Positions 49,012 to 61,795 of a stretch of 64,000 bases of DNA are shown piece by piece. The stretch's first letter is position 1; each line of letters begins with the position of its first letter. Origin of the DNA: Mobula hypostoma (taxonomy: Eukaryota); contig NC_086097.1 in NCBI RefSeq assembly GCF_963921235.1, positions 246,266,001 to 246,330,000 of the forward strand. Reading direction: 5' to 3'. The notes beneath the pieces were generated by a model. It did no database searches. It saw only the letters and a list, made by a program, of their open reading frames with translations, and had not been told where the DNA came from. Both the position numbers and the translations under genes were made by a program.

Positions 49012-49942
49012 GCAAGCCAGTATTATCAGTTTCCCAGTCCACAATCTTCTAACTCTGCAAACCTTTGTCATCTTCAGAAGTTTTCTGATGACTCTGCCAT
49101 AGTTGGATGCATCAGCAGGGGAGATGAGGGTGAGTACAGGGCTATGGTAGGAAACTTTGTCACATGGTGTGAGCAGAATTATCTGCAGCTTAATGTGAAA
49201 AAGACTAAGGAGCTGGTGGTAGACCTGAGGAGAGCTAAGGTACCGGTGACCCGTTTCCATCCAGGGGGTCAGTGTGGACATGGTGGAGGATTACAAATAT
49301 CTGGGGATATGAATTGACAATAAACTGGACTGGTCAAAGAACACTGAGGTTGTCTACAAGAAGGGTCAGAGCCGTCTCTATTTCCTGAGGAGACTGAGGT
49401 CCTTTAACATCTGCCGGACGATGCTGAGGATGTTCTACGAGTCTGTGGGCCAGTGCTATCATGTTTGCTGTTGTGTGCTGGGGCAGCAGGCTGAGGGTAG
49501 CAGACACCAACAGAATCAAGAAACTCATTCGTAGGGCCAGTGATGTTGTGGGGATGGAACTGGACTCTCTGATGGTGGTGTCTGAAAAGAGGATGCTGTC
49601 CAAGTTGCATGCCATCTTGGACAATGTCTCCCATCCACTACATAATGTACTGGGTGGCACAGGAGTACATTCAGCCAGAGACTCATTCCACCGAGATGAA
49701 ACACAGAGCGTCACAGGAAGTCATTCCTGCCTGTGGCCATCAAACTTTACAACTCCTCCCTTGGAAGGTCAGGCACCCTGAGCCAATAGGCTGGTCCTGG
49801 ACTTATTTCCTGGCTTAAATTACATATTACTATTTAATTATTTATGGTTTTTATTATTATTTAATTATTTATGGTGCAACTGTAACGAAAACCAATTTCC
49901 CCCGGGATCAATAAAGTATGACTATGACTACTATGGCTATGA
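49012..49942 (+). mobile_element. Rex1/Babar LINE 3' part (frameshifted)
   Basis: QKFSDDSAIVGCI..WCEQNYLQLNVKKTKELVVD; AATAAAG(TATGAC)n tail. Confidence 0.9.
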
Positions 49943-50299
49943 GTTCTATAAATATAAGATCATAAGATATAGGACTCCTCCACTAAGCTCCTGATATGCC
50001 TTAGAGTGGAGAGAAAGGCTTAAGTGAGCCTGAATATTAGTCACTTGTGTCTTGGCTGCTCATTTACCAATGGAGTTTATGTAGCTGGCTCAGGATTTGA
50101 GTGCACTGGACTCCAATGGAGATAGATTTATCTCTGGCTTGTTAATGATTCCCTCATGCAGATGGAACATAGAACAGTTCAGGACCTTTGCCCATGATGT
50201 TCTGCCAACCTTTTAACCTACTCTATAATCATTCTAACCCTTCTGTCCTACATAGCCCTAGATTTTTCTATCATTCATATGCCTATCTAAGAACTTCTA

Positions 50300-52545
50300 A
50301 GAACATCAACCGTCTTGACTTCACCACTCCTCTCTCCAGTTCCAACCTCACCCTTTCTGAATGCGCTGCTCTCCACACTAATCCTAACCTCACCATCAAA
50401 CCCACAGATAAGGGGGATGCCATAGTAGTCTGGTGGACTGACCTCTACCTCGTTGAGGCAAGGCGACAACTCTCAGCCACCTCCTCTTACTTACTCCTCG
50501 AGCAAGACCCCACTAAGGAGCACCAGGCCACTGTCACCCGCACAATCACTGACCTTATTAGCTCTGGGGATCTCCCATCCACTGCTACCAACCTCATAGT
50601 TCCCTTACTCCTCCACACTTCCCATTTCTACCTCATACCCAAAATCCACAAACCCATTGTTTCTGCTTGTTCCTACGCTACCAAACTTATATCTGCATAC
50701 CTCAACTCAGTTTTACACCCCCGCCCCCCCCCCCCCGGTTCAGTCCCTTCCTACCTATATCTGTGACACTTCACACGCTCCTGATCTTTTCAATGATTTT
50801 ATGATCCCTGGCCCCGATCATCTTATTTTCACCATGGCTGTCCAGTCCTTATACAGCTCCATCGCCCAACAGGAAAGCCGCAAAGCTCTCCATTTCTTTT
50901 TGGACACTTGTTCCCCTCCACCACCACTCTGCTCCAACTGGTGGAGCTGGCCCTTGGGCTCCTTCTACTTCCTTCAAACAAAAGATGTAGCCGTGAGCAC
51001 TCACATAGGTCCCAGATTTGCCAGCCTGTTTGTCTGCAATGTTGGACAGTCTACGTTCCAAGCCTACAATGGTGTCAGTCCCCAACTTTTCCTGCGCTAC
51101 ATTGATGACTGCATTGGCGCTGCTTTCTACACCCATGTGGAGTTCATTGATTTCACCAACTTTGCCTCTAACTTCTACCCTGCTCTCAAATTTACCTGGT
51201 CTATTTCCAATACCTCCCTCCCCTTTCTCAATCTCTTTGTCTCTATCTCTGGAGACAGCTTATAAATTTTATAAAACTACAATTTCTCACAGCTACCTGG
51301 ACTATACCTCTTCCCACCCCGTTCCTTTTAAAAATGCCACCCCCTTCTCTCCATTCCTCAGTCTCTGCCACATCTGTTCTCAGGATAAGGCTTTTCATTC
51401 CACTAAGGAGACGTCCTCCTTCAAAGAAAGGGGTTTCCCTGCCACCATCATCATTGCTTCTCTCACTTGCATCTCTTTCATTTTACACACATCTGACCTC
51501 CCACATCCTCCTGCCACCACACCAGGGATAGGGTTCCTCTTGTCCTCACCTATAACCCCACCAGCTTCCCTGTCCAGCACATAGTTCTCCATACTTCCAC
51601 CATCTCCAATGGGATCCTACCCCCAAGCACATCCATCCCCTCAACAACTTACTGTGTTCCACAGGAATCATTCCCTACACAACTCCCTTGACCATTCGTC
51701 CCTCCCCACTGTCTCCCTCCTGCCACTTACCCTTGCAAGCGGAACAAGTGATACACCTGCCCCTAACCTCCTCCCTCACTAAAATTCAGGGCCCAAAACA
51801 GTCCTTCCAGGTGAGGCGACATTTCAGCTGTAAGTCTGTTGGAGTCATCTGCTGTATCCAGTGTTCCTGATGTGGCCTCCTGTATATCGGTGAGACCGAA
51901 CATAGATTGGGATACCGCTTCGCCAAGCACCTACGCTCCGTCCGCCAGAAAAAGCGGTATCTCCCAGTGGACACCCATTTTAATTCCACTTTCCATTCCC
52001 ATTCTGACATGTCAGTCCTCTACTGCTGCGATGAGGCCACACCCAGGATGGAGGAGCAACACCTTATATTCTGTCTGGGTAGCCTCCAACCTGATGGCAT
52101 GTACATTGATTTCTCAAAGTCTCAGTAACGTCGCCCCCTTCTCCATTCCCCATTTCCATTGGCCACTCTCAGCTTATCTCCTTTCCTGTCCATCACCTCC
52201 CTCTGATTCCGCACCCCTTCCCTTTCTTCCATGGCCTTCTGTCCTCTCCTGTCAGATTCCCCTTGTCCAGCTCTTTATCTTTTTCACCAATCAACTTCCC
52301 AGCTCTTTATTTCACTCCTCCCCCACTCCTGGTTTCACCTATCACCTACTACCTTATACTTCTTACCCCACTACCCCCATCTTCTTACTCTGAGTTCTCA
52401 TCTTTCTTCACCAGTCCTGATGAAGGGTCTCAGCCCAAAATGTTGACTGTTTACTCTTTTCCATAGATGCTGCCTGGCCTGCTGAGTTCCTCCGGCATTT
52501 TATGTGTGTTGCTTGGATTTCCAGCATCTGCAGATTTTCTCGGGT
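50300..52545 (+). mobile_element. Long degenerate Penelope-like element (RT + GIY-YIG + 3' repeat with hammerhead at 52411-52450)
   Basis: TIKPTDKG.A.VV, FYLIPKIHK, QSLYSSI, FLRYIDD, CCIQCS*CGLLYIGET, EEQHLIFCLGSLQPDGM. Confidence 0.95.
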
Positions 52546-52909
52546 GTGTAAGACTTTCTTAAATACCCGTAAAGTATCTCCTCTACCATCAACCCTGGCA
52601 GGACATTCCATGCGCCAACCTCTCGTGCAAAAACTTACCTCTAATATCTCGTTTATACTTTCCTTCAAACACCTTAAAATTATGTACCTTGGTATGAGCC
52701 ATTTCCACCCTGGGAAAAAGGTCTCTGGCTGTCCACTGTATCTATGCCTCTTATCATCTTGTACACCTCTGTCAGGTCACCTCTCCTGCTCCGTTGCTCC
52801 AAAGAGAAAAGCCGTAGCTCGCTCAGGCCATGGCTGACTTTTCAGGAAAATCAACAGAAGGGTCTCATGATGAAACACTGACTATTCATTCATTTCCATA
52901 GTTGCTGCC

Positions 52910-53464
52910 TGTTAGAGTGGATTCTTTCTGGGTAGATGATTTGTTAACACTTAAATGACTTTGGCCACCAGACTTCTATTTTAACTGTTTGACAAAGGAC
53001 TGTGGATTGAGTCCACCACAATGGGCTTCCTAAAAGATGTAAATACCAGATGCTTCTGGTGCCTGATGCTGTAGTTTTGAAGGCAGTATCACCTATACAT
53101 TATAAATAATAATTGTATGAATTGTCTTCTATGTTAGCACGGGAAATGCCAAATAAATGTACTGTAGACTTAACTTACATTCCTAAAGGCTGTAGATACC
53201 AACCCAGACATGTTGGCATCAGGAGGAAAGGATGGTGTGAGATTTTGTATGTAGCTTCAATAGGAAGCATTGTCTGTAACTTTTTAAATAGCGATTGCCT
53301 TTGTGTTTAGCATATAAATATCGAGCCCACATTTAGCTAGCAGACCTTTCTGTGGAAAGCGTCTCCGTCCGTAAGATGCCTGCACCTTGTTGTGTCGAAT
53401 AAAGAAGCTGCTTTGTATCTACCAGTGACTCTGTCTCTCCGGTAATTTCATCCACGCTACGACA
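52910..53464 (+). mobile_element. Solo LTR, 555 bp
   Basis: TGTTAGAGTGGAT...ATCCACGCTACGACA termini; perfect 5-bp TSD CTGCC (52905-52909 / 53465-53469); TATAAA at ~53313; AATAAA at 53398. Confidence 0.85.
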
Positions 53465-53470
53465 CTGCCT

Positions 53471-53865
53471 CCTCCAAGAGGACCACATCATTGTCATTGG
53501 GTTTAGAGGCCTGCGTGCCTCAAATACCTGGAGAACGATGTTGGCTGCAGTCAGGACTTTCTGCTTTGGCTCCTGGTAGGGTCACCCATGCCAAACAGGC
53601 CAGAGGGTAGAGGCAGGACTAACAGTGGTCCACCAGTCCTTCAGCTCAGGGCTAACAACCCTGACTGGTAAAACAAAATGGTTAAGGCAACAGCAACGAA
53701 GAATCCTTCTACATCTGAGTGTGACGGTATTCCCGAGTCTCCAGCCAGGACCTGCATGACTGACAGTAATGAAAACCGAGAGGAAGCTACTGACATGATG
53801 AAGGAAGCCCTGAACACCACCAGAGATGGAGGACCTTCATTGCTGCCCTAAACAACATTGGCATA
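53471..53865 (+). mobile_element. Expander/Rex3 (RTE) 5'-UTR-derived non-autonomous element (family D)
   Basis: GGTAGGGTCACCCATGCCAAACAGG...GGGCTAACAACCCTG..GTAAAAC; colinear with 56146-56557. Confidence 0.7.
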
Positions 53866-54768
53866 AGAAGTATCTTATCATGGATGCTGCCTCACCTGAT
53901 GAGTTCCTCCAGCATTTTATGTGTATTGCTCTGGATTTCCAGCATCAGCAGAATTTCTTGTGTTTAACAAGACCCTTTTTTTTGGCATTTTTTTTAAAGA
54001 AAGAGAGTGCACTTAGTTCAAAATTCTCTTTCACTTCTTCATGATGCTTTTAGTTAACACAGCTATAAACAGTACAATACTGGGTTCAACATATTCCTTA
54101 TTCCTTGGTGCTGCTTCATCATGTGGACCAGATGCAACAAATTAAGGCTCATCCCTGTGTTTAAAAGGATAAAAGAAACATCCCCTAAATTTTTGAGGCA
54201 TTTAAAAATAGACTTTGGTGCATTTCATTGGAATTAATGTGCATGCACTCAGATTTCTCAGGAAAATTGATTAGTTTTTGATGCAAACAAGATATTAAGT
54301 CTCCCCCCAGGGCATCTGAATTGTCACTATAAAATCAAAATAAAAGTGAAAGTGAATTTATTATTGAAGTATACAACCCCGAGCAGAGATTCATTTTAAG
54401 GCCACCAGACTATAAGGTATAGGAGCAGAATTAGACCATTTGGCCCATCAGGTCTGTCTGCTGATCCATTTCCCTCTCAGCCCCAATCTCCTGCCTTCTC
54501 CCCGTATCCCTTCATGCCCCGACTAATCAAGAATCTATCAACCTCTGCCTTAAATACACAAAGGCTGACAAATAAACCAATGTACAAAAGAACACAAATT
54601 GAGCAATTACAAATAAAAGCTACTGAGAATGAGGTGTAGAGTCCTTGAAAGTGAGCCTGTAGGTTATGGAATCATGTCAACAGCTATACTTTGTCAGGAG
54701 TTAGAGAAGATTTGTTCTGTCACTAAAGACTCCAACAACTTCTTACAGATATATCGTGCAGATCCTTC

Positions 54769-55694
54769 CCCCCCCCCGCTTTCCGCAGGGATCGCTCCCT
54801 ACGCGACTCCCTTGTCCATTCGTGCCCCTCTTCCCTTCCCACCGATCTCCCTCCCGGCACTTACCCTTGTAAGCGGAACAAGTGCTACACATGCCCTTAC
54901 ACTTCCTCCCTTACCACCATTCAGGGCCCCAGATAGTCCTTCCAGGTGAGGCGACACTTCACCTGTGAGTCGGCTGGGGTGATATACTGCGTCCGGTGCT
55001 TCTGATGTGGCCTTCTATATATTGGCGAGACAGTTTCACTGAACACCTACGCTCTGTCCGCCAGAGAAAGCAGGATCTCCCAGTGGCCACACATTTTAAT
55101 TCCACATCCCATTCCCATTCTGATATGTCTATCCACGGCCTCCTCTACTGTCAAGATGAAGCCACACTCAGGTTGGAGGAACAACAGCTTATATTCCGTC
55201 TGGGTAGCCTCCAACCTGATGGCATGAACATTGACTTCTCCAACTTCCGTTAATGCCCCATCTCCCCTTTGTACCCCATCCGTTATTTATTTATCTTTTA
55301 TTGTAATATATTTTTTTTCTCTCTCTCCTTTTTCTCCCTCTGTCCCTCTCACTATACGCCTTGCTCATCCTCTGGGCTTCCCCCTTCCCCTTTTCTTTCT
55401 CCCTAGGCCTCCTGTCCTTCCCATGATCCTCTCATATCCCTTTTGCCAATCAACCTTCCAGCTCTCAGCTCCATCACTTCCCCCTCCTGTCTTCTCCTAT
55501 CATTTCAGATCTCCCCCTCCCCCTCCCACTTTCAAATCTCTTACTATCTCTTCTTTCAGTTAGTCCTGACGAAGGGTCTCGGCCCAAAACGTCGACTGAA
55601 CCTCTTCCTAGAGATGCTGCCTGGCCTGCTGCGTTCACGAGCAACATTTATGTGTGTAGCTTGAAATTCCAGCATCTGCAGATTTCCTCGTGTT
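54769..55694 (+). mobile_element. Young Penelope-like element (GIY-YIG + 3' repeat, hammerhead at 55562-55597)
   Basis: CKRNKCYTC..YCVRC..LYIGET..HFNSTSH..LQPDGMNIDFS; flanking direct repeat TGCAGATCCTTC (54757-54768 / 55695-55706). Confidence 0.95.
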
Positions 55695-55862
55695 TGCAGA
55701 TCCTTCTGACAGGCTAAGTAACTATCAGGTATGCAGGGGCACTGCTCAGGAGTGGAAAAAGCTGTAGAACATTGTGGACTGAGCCAGCACCATCACAGGC
55801 CATAGCTTCCCCACCACTGAGAACATTCAAAGATTAAAACATAAAAGTCAAAGTACATTTAT

Positions 55863-55960
55863 TATCAAAGTATGTATACAGAATACAGCTCTGAGATTTC
55901 TCCTGCTGCAGACAGCCACAAATGAATCTCAGAGCTGTATTCTGTATATAAACTTTGATA
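55863..55960. repeat. Inverted repeat: 36-bp arms (34/36 match), 26-nt loop
   Basis: TATCAAAGTATGTATACAGAATACAGCTCTGAGATT ... AATCTCAGAGCTGTATTCTGTATATAAACTTTGATA. Confidence 0.95.
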
Positions 55961-56145
55961 CTTCAAAAGGCGATGCTTCAAGAAGGTGCATCCTCTATGA
56001 AAGATCCTCACTATGTAGAACATGTCATGTTTTCATGCCACCATCAGGGAGGAGGTGCAGAAGCCTGCAGACACCCATTCAACGTTCTAGGAACAGATTA
56101 TTCCTCTCTGCCATCAGATTTCTGAATGGAGAATGAACCCATAAC

Positions 56146-56557
56146 CTCCAAGAGGACCACAACCTTTTTCTAGGGATTGGAGGCTTGGGCTCCTCAATGA
56201 CCCTGAGAGCTATGTTGGCTGGAGTCAGGGCTTTGTGCTTTTGCACTTGGTAGGGTCACCAATGCTAAACAGGTCATAGGGTAGAGGCCAAACTAATAGT
56301 GGTCCACCGGTCCTCCAGGCTCGGGGATTCGGCTCAGGACTAACAACCCTGACTGGTAAAACAAAACTGTTACAGAAACAGCAATGAAGAAACCTTCTAT
56401 GTCTGTGTGCTACAGTATTCCTGAGTCTACACCCAGGACATGTATGACCCACAGTAGTGAAAACGGAGCTGCTGACACAATAAAGGAAGCCCTGAACCCT
56501 GTCAGAGATGGAGTATCTTCATCGCTGCCCTAAACGCCAGCGGTGTAATGGGCAGTA
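56146..56557 (+). mobile_element. Family D element, second copy
   Basis: Colinear with 53471-53865; interrupts a Rex-type tail, with AATGAACCCATAA repeated on both sides. Confidence 0.75.
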
Positions 56558-57789
56558 GGTAGATAGAATGAACCCATAAACACTACCTCACTCTTCCCCT
56601 TGCACTATGTATGTACATATGTATACATGTACGTATTTATTTACTTATCTATTTATTTTAACCTGTAGTGATTAATTATGCTTTGTACTGTATTGCTGTC
56701 ACAAAACAACCAGTTCACAACATATGTCAGTGAAAGTAAACCTGTCACCAAAATATGAACATATAGTCTCCCACACCATGTTGAATCTTCTGGTCTTTGT
56801 GACAATGGTACTATCTCTGCCCGTGAGCTATGCTCCACCAAAATTTACTGGCACACTTGGACTGCCAAAATGCTAGGTAGCCTTTACACTGATGGAGACC
56901 TTGGGGAAGAAGGGGTGCTGCATCTCAGTCCGGGAGAAGGTGGTGGGGTGGGTGGGGATGGGTCGGAATAAGGGAGTGGCCATTTTGGCTCACGTTAAGG
57001 GGTAATTCACTTAGGATGTAGGTGAGGAGAAATTCCTTTACATTGAAGTCAAAGCAAAAGTTGAGTTTGCTGTGCACAAGAACATGTATGCACAGCTACA
57101 ATGATAAACTTACTTGCTGCAGCATTACAGGCACATAGCATAAAATATAAGTTCAAAATAAATTTATTACCGAAGTATGAATATGTGATCATACACCACC
57201 CTGAGATTCACTTGCTTGAGGCATTCACAATAGAACAAAGAAATACAATAGAGTCAATGAAAAACTACACACAAAGGTTGACAATCAACATGCGGAAGGA
57301 TACAAAATTGAAAATACAAAATATATATTAAATAAATAGTAAGAAAATAATATTGAGAACATGAATTCTTGAAAGTGAGCCCATAGGTTGTGGAGTCAGT
57401 TCAGTGTTGAGACAGGTGAAGTTATCCACTCTGATTCAGAAGCCAGAGATGGTTGAAGGGTAATGAGGCCCTCCATTGGTCGGGGTTGACCATGGACGTT
57501 GCATCCTGGCTGTCTGCGAGACAAGCAAGCCAGGGCAGTACAATACAGAGAGCAAGCTGTTGCCCATGCAGCAGGCTCCCGCCCTCCAAATGAATCCAAA
57601 GAAATGGCAGAGACCGATATAGTTTGGTACCAGCGGTGTTGCAGGAGTTGCCATTCTGTGTTAAACACAACATCTGACTGCCTTAGGGACTCCAGGTATG
57701 GATTGATCCTCAGGGCTTACTCTCAAAGGCTTCCCCATGCAAGGTAGTGGAGGTTTGGGATCAGAGATTTCCTTCTCCTGTAGGGTTGT

Positions 57790-60700
57790 GACCACACCTC
57801 TATCTCCTTTAAGTGACTACAACTCTATCTCCTTCACCATAGCCCTGGAGAGGGATAGGAGCAGACAATTTGTGAAAACTTTTAATTGGGGTAGGGGGAA
57901 ATATGATGCTATTAGGCAGGAACTTGGGAGCAGATGTTCTCAGGGAAATGCACGGCAGAAATGTGGCAGATGTTCAGGGAACATTTGCATGGAGTTCTGC
58001 ATAAGTATGTTCCATTGAGGCAGAGAAAGGATGGTAGGGTTAAAGAACCATGGTGTACAAAGGATGTAGAAAATCTAGTTAAGAAGAAAATAAAAGCTTA
58101 TGAAAGGTTCAAGAAACTAGGTACTGTTAGAGCTCTAGAAAATTACAAGGTTGCTATGATGGAGCTTAAGAATGTAATTAGGAGAGCCAGAAGGGGCCAT
58201 GAGAAGGCCTTGGTGAGCAGGATTAAAGAAAACTCTTGGTGTGCAGGATTAAGTATGTGGAGAGCAAGAGGATGAGACACGTGAGAATAGGATCAATCAG
58301 ATGCAATAGTGGAAACTGGACACTGAAGTGTGGGAAATCAGCAGGAGTTGACCAACATCCCTGCTGAACTGCTGAAGCATAGAGGAGAAACCACGATAGA
58401 CATGCTTACCACCATTTGCAATAAGATCTGGCAGACAGGTGAATGGCTGACACCTTGGACTCAGTCGCTGATCACTGTGCTTCCCAAGAAAGGCAATCTC
58501 CAACTTTGTCAGAAATACCGTACCATCAGTTTGATCAGCCATGTAAGGAAGGTAATGCTCAGAATCATCTTAAACAGACTGAGTCCTCAGGCAGAAGACA
58601 TCATTGCCGAGGAACAAGCAGGCTTCCGTAAGGGCAGAAGCACCTTCAGCACCAGAGAGAGTTCTACCACATTTTCATAGACTTCAAGAAGGCGTTTGAC
58701 AGAGTCTGGCATGTTGCCTTATGGACCACCATGAAGAAATTCAACATGGGGCAGAAACTGATTCATACAATCTATCAGCTTTACGCCAAGGCAACCAGTG
58801 CAGTACTCGCTCAGGGCACCATCGGGGAGTGGTTCCGTACCTCTGCTGGAGTCCATCAGGGCTGCCTCCTCTCCCCCACTCTCTTCAACGTCTTCCTGGA
58901 ACGAACCATGAGTGTTGCCCTTGAAGATCATGTGGACACAGTCAGCATCGGAGGGAGGAACAACACAAACCTAAGATTTGCTGACAACATTGATGGACTT
59001 GCAGGAAAAGAGGATGAACTGGCCAACATGGTCTGCCATCTTGACAGAGCCTCCACAAAGTTTGGAATGGAAATAAGTGCCGAGAAAACCAAGCTCATGA
59101 CAAATGCCAACGGTGCCATCACAACAGACATCTCAGTCCGTGGTCAGAAACTTGAGACAGTGTAGCAGTTCATATACCTGGGGGCAATCATCAGTGATGA
59201 AGGATCAAGACCAAAAGTCCTGGCAAGAACCACACAGACAATGACTAAACTATCTAAACTCAGGACAATATGGAGGGACAGCAACATCACCATGAAGTAC
59301 AAGATCAGACTCCTGCATGCATTGGTATTCTCCATCTTCCTGTACGCATGCGAGACATGGACCCTCACATCAGAGCTACAGAGGACGATACAGGCATTGG
59401 AAATGACATGCTATTGCAACATCTTGGGCATCTCATACCTGGACCACACACTAATGAGCAGGTCCGCAAGATCATCCAGCACCACATTGGCCCCCATGAA
59501 GACCTTCTCACAACGGTGAAGAAAAGAAAGCTGAGATGGTACAGCCACGTAACAAGATCCAGTGGCCTTGGAAAGACCATTCTACAAGAAACTGTGGAGT
59601 GAAAAAGAAGGAGAGGTAGACAGAGGAAAAGATGGATGGACAACATTAAAGAACGGACAGGGAAAATATTTGTGGTGACCCAGGCACTGGCACACAACCA
59701 CGACGGAAGGAACAGACTAGTGCAAAGCTTTTCATGACAGCACTCCGACTCTACCAGGAGTTAAGGGCACAAGGCAAGGCAACCTGATTAGGGATAGTCA
59801 GCACAGCTTTGTCAAGGGCAGGTCATGCCTTACGAGCCTAACTGAATTCTTTGAGGATGTAACAAAACACATTGATGAAGGTAGAGCAGTGGATGTAGTG
59901 TATATGGATTTCAGTAAGACATTTGATAAGGTTCCCTGTACAAGGCTCCTTCAGAAAGCATGGATGTATGCTTTGTGGATCCAGAAGTGACTTGCCCACA
60001 GAAGGCAAAGTGTGGTAGTAGATGGTTTGTATTCTACATGGAGGTCAGTGACCAGTGGTGATCCACAGGGATCTGCTCTAGGACGCCTCCTCATTGTGAT
60101 TTTAATAAATGACCTGGATGAGGAAGTAGAAGGGTGGGTTAGGTTAGGGGTGTTGTAGATAGTCTGGAGGGTTGTCAGAGGTTACAGCGGTACATTGATA
60201 GGACACAGAACTGGGCTGAGAAGTGGCAGATGGACTTCAACCCAAACAAGTGTGAAGTGTTTCATTTTGGTAGTTCAAATTTGAAGACAGAATATAATAT
60301 TAATGGTAAGACTCTTGGCAGTGTGGATGATCTGAGAGATCTTGGGATCCGTGTCCATAGGACACTTAAAGCTGCTACGCAGGTTGACGGTGTTGGCATA
60401 TGGTGTGTTGGCATTCATCAACCGTGGGATTGAGTTCAAGAGCCATGAGGTAATGTTACAGCTATATAAGACCCTGGTCAGACCCCACTTGGAGTACTAT
60501 GTTCAGTTCTGGTCACCTCACTACAGGAAGGATGTGGGTACTATAGACAGAGTGCAGAGGAGATTTACAAGGATGTTGCCTGGATTGGAGGGAATACTTT
60601 ATGAGAATAGGTTCATTGAACTTGGCCTTTTCTCCTTGGAGCAATGGAGGATGAGAGGTGACTTGATAGAGGTGTATAAGATGATGAGGGGCATTGATCG

Positions 60701-61032
60701 TGTGGATAGCCAGAGGCTTTTTTCCCAGGGTTGAAATGGCTAATGCGAGGGGGTTTGGAAGGTTCTTAGAAATAGTTACTGAGGGAATATCAGGGGTAAG
60801 TTTTTCCCCACAGAGAGTGGTGGGTGCGTGGAATGCACTGCCAGCAGCGGCGGTGGAAGCCGATACAATAGGGCCTTTTAATAGCCTCTTGGATAGGTAC
60901 ATGGAGCTTAGAAAAATAGAGAGCTATGCGCTAGGGAAATTCTAGGCAGTTTCTAGAATAGGTTACTTGGTCGGCACAACATTGTGGGCCAAAGGGCCTG
61001 TAATGTGCTGCAGATTTTTATGTTCTATGTTC
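57790..61032 (+). mobile_element. CR1 LINE ORF2 pseudogene (57790-58315 and 59783-61032)
   Basis: SDYNSISF..FNWGRGKYDAIR; LIRDSQHSFVKGRSCLT; YMDFSKTFDKV; LVRPHLEYYVQFWSPH. Confidence 0.9.
58320..59782 (+). mobile_element. 5'-truncated RTE LINE (RT domain), different subfamily from the 11.6-kb copy
   Basis: NIPAELLK..LPKKGNLQLC..YRTISLISH..EEQAGFRKGRST; FIDFKKAFDRV; QGCLLSPTLFN; LRFADNID; (CAAGG)n tail. Confidence 0.95.
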
Positions 61033-61369
61033 TTTATGAGCTGCCAACCACAGCTGACAAGCCTCATCTGCCTGAAGTGACTGGTTTTAATGTACCAATA
61101 ACCCATCTTTGCCCCTTCTCCTGTCAGTGGAAACAGTCTTTCTGGGGTTAGTAGCCAAGGCACATATGAAGGCCAGGAGATAGAATTAGCTGTGAGAGGC
61201 TATTTGAGACGCATGCTATTGGGAGCATTTAATAGGTAGTGGGAGCTTATCCCCACCACCACCCCCGGCTTTAATGAATTTAAGGAACCAGACAGTTACT
61301 ACAGTGAAGAATAATAACTGTTCCTCTACCCCCACTCCAATGCCAGCAATGAGAGGAGAGCATGGCCTG

Positions 61370-61795
61370 TGTCATGATGTGTGCTAGCAGTGTCAGAAAC
61401 CAAGTGCGAGGAAAGACAGACTCTGATGTAGAGATTGCAACCAGAGATTATCCATTGGAATTCCGACAGAACATCAGTGACTTGGCCAAATGACACCGTG
61501 AGACAACATTCTCAAAACTCGGACCCTACTCTAAAAAGGTGTCCACTTAAAATATACAGTAAACATGGAATCCCTGAGTCTATCAAAATAAACATAACAA
61601 GCATAAACAGAAGGCAGCAGGAGACTTGCAGGCAGCATTACAAAGAGTGAGTCGCTTGAGAACAAACACAAGGAACTCTAAATGATTAGTGACTCTCGTT
61701 AAACAACAACGAACTAATTCGGGTACATTGGGCTATAAAAACCTCAGAGCCCAACGCTCTCCGGCACCCTGCACAAGACCATAGAGATTATTTCA
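61370..61795 (-). mobile_element. Solo LTR, same family as 19226-19627
   Basis: TG...CA termini; flanks GGCCTG/GACCTG; interrupts a Rex-type fragment; strand tentative. Confidence 0.55.

Larger units (their letters stand above)
57464..61290 (-). mobile_element. Family A element split (57464-~57782 and 61037-61290) by a CR1 that itself contains an RTE
   Basis: The halves rejoin at TTCCTTCTCCT..ATGAGCTGCCAACC. Confidence 0.75.

Noticed and set aside
19226..61795. One giant LTR element bounded by the two related LTRs
   Set aside because: The LTRs are too diverged, each has its own flanking duplication, and no gag or integrase sequence is seen between them.
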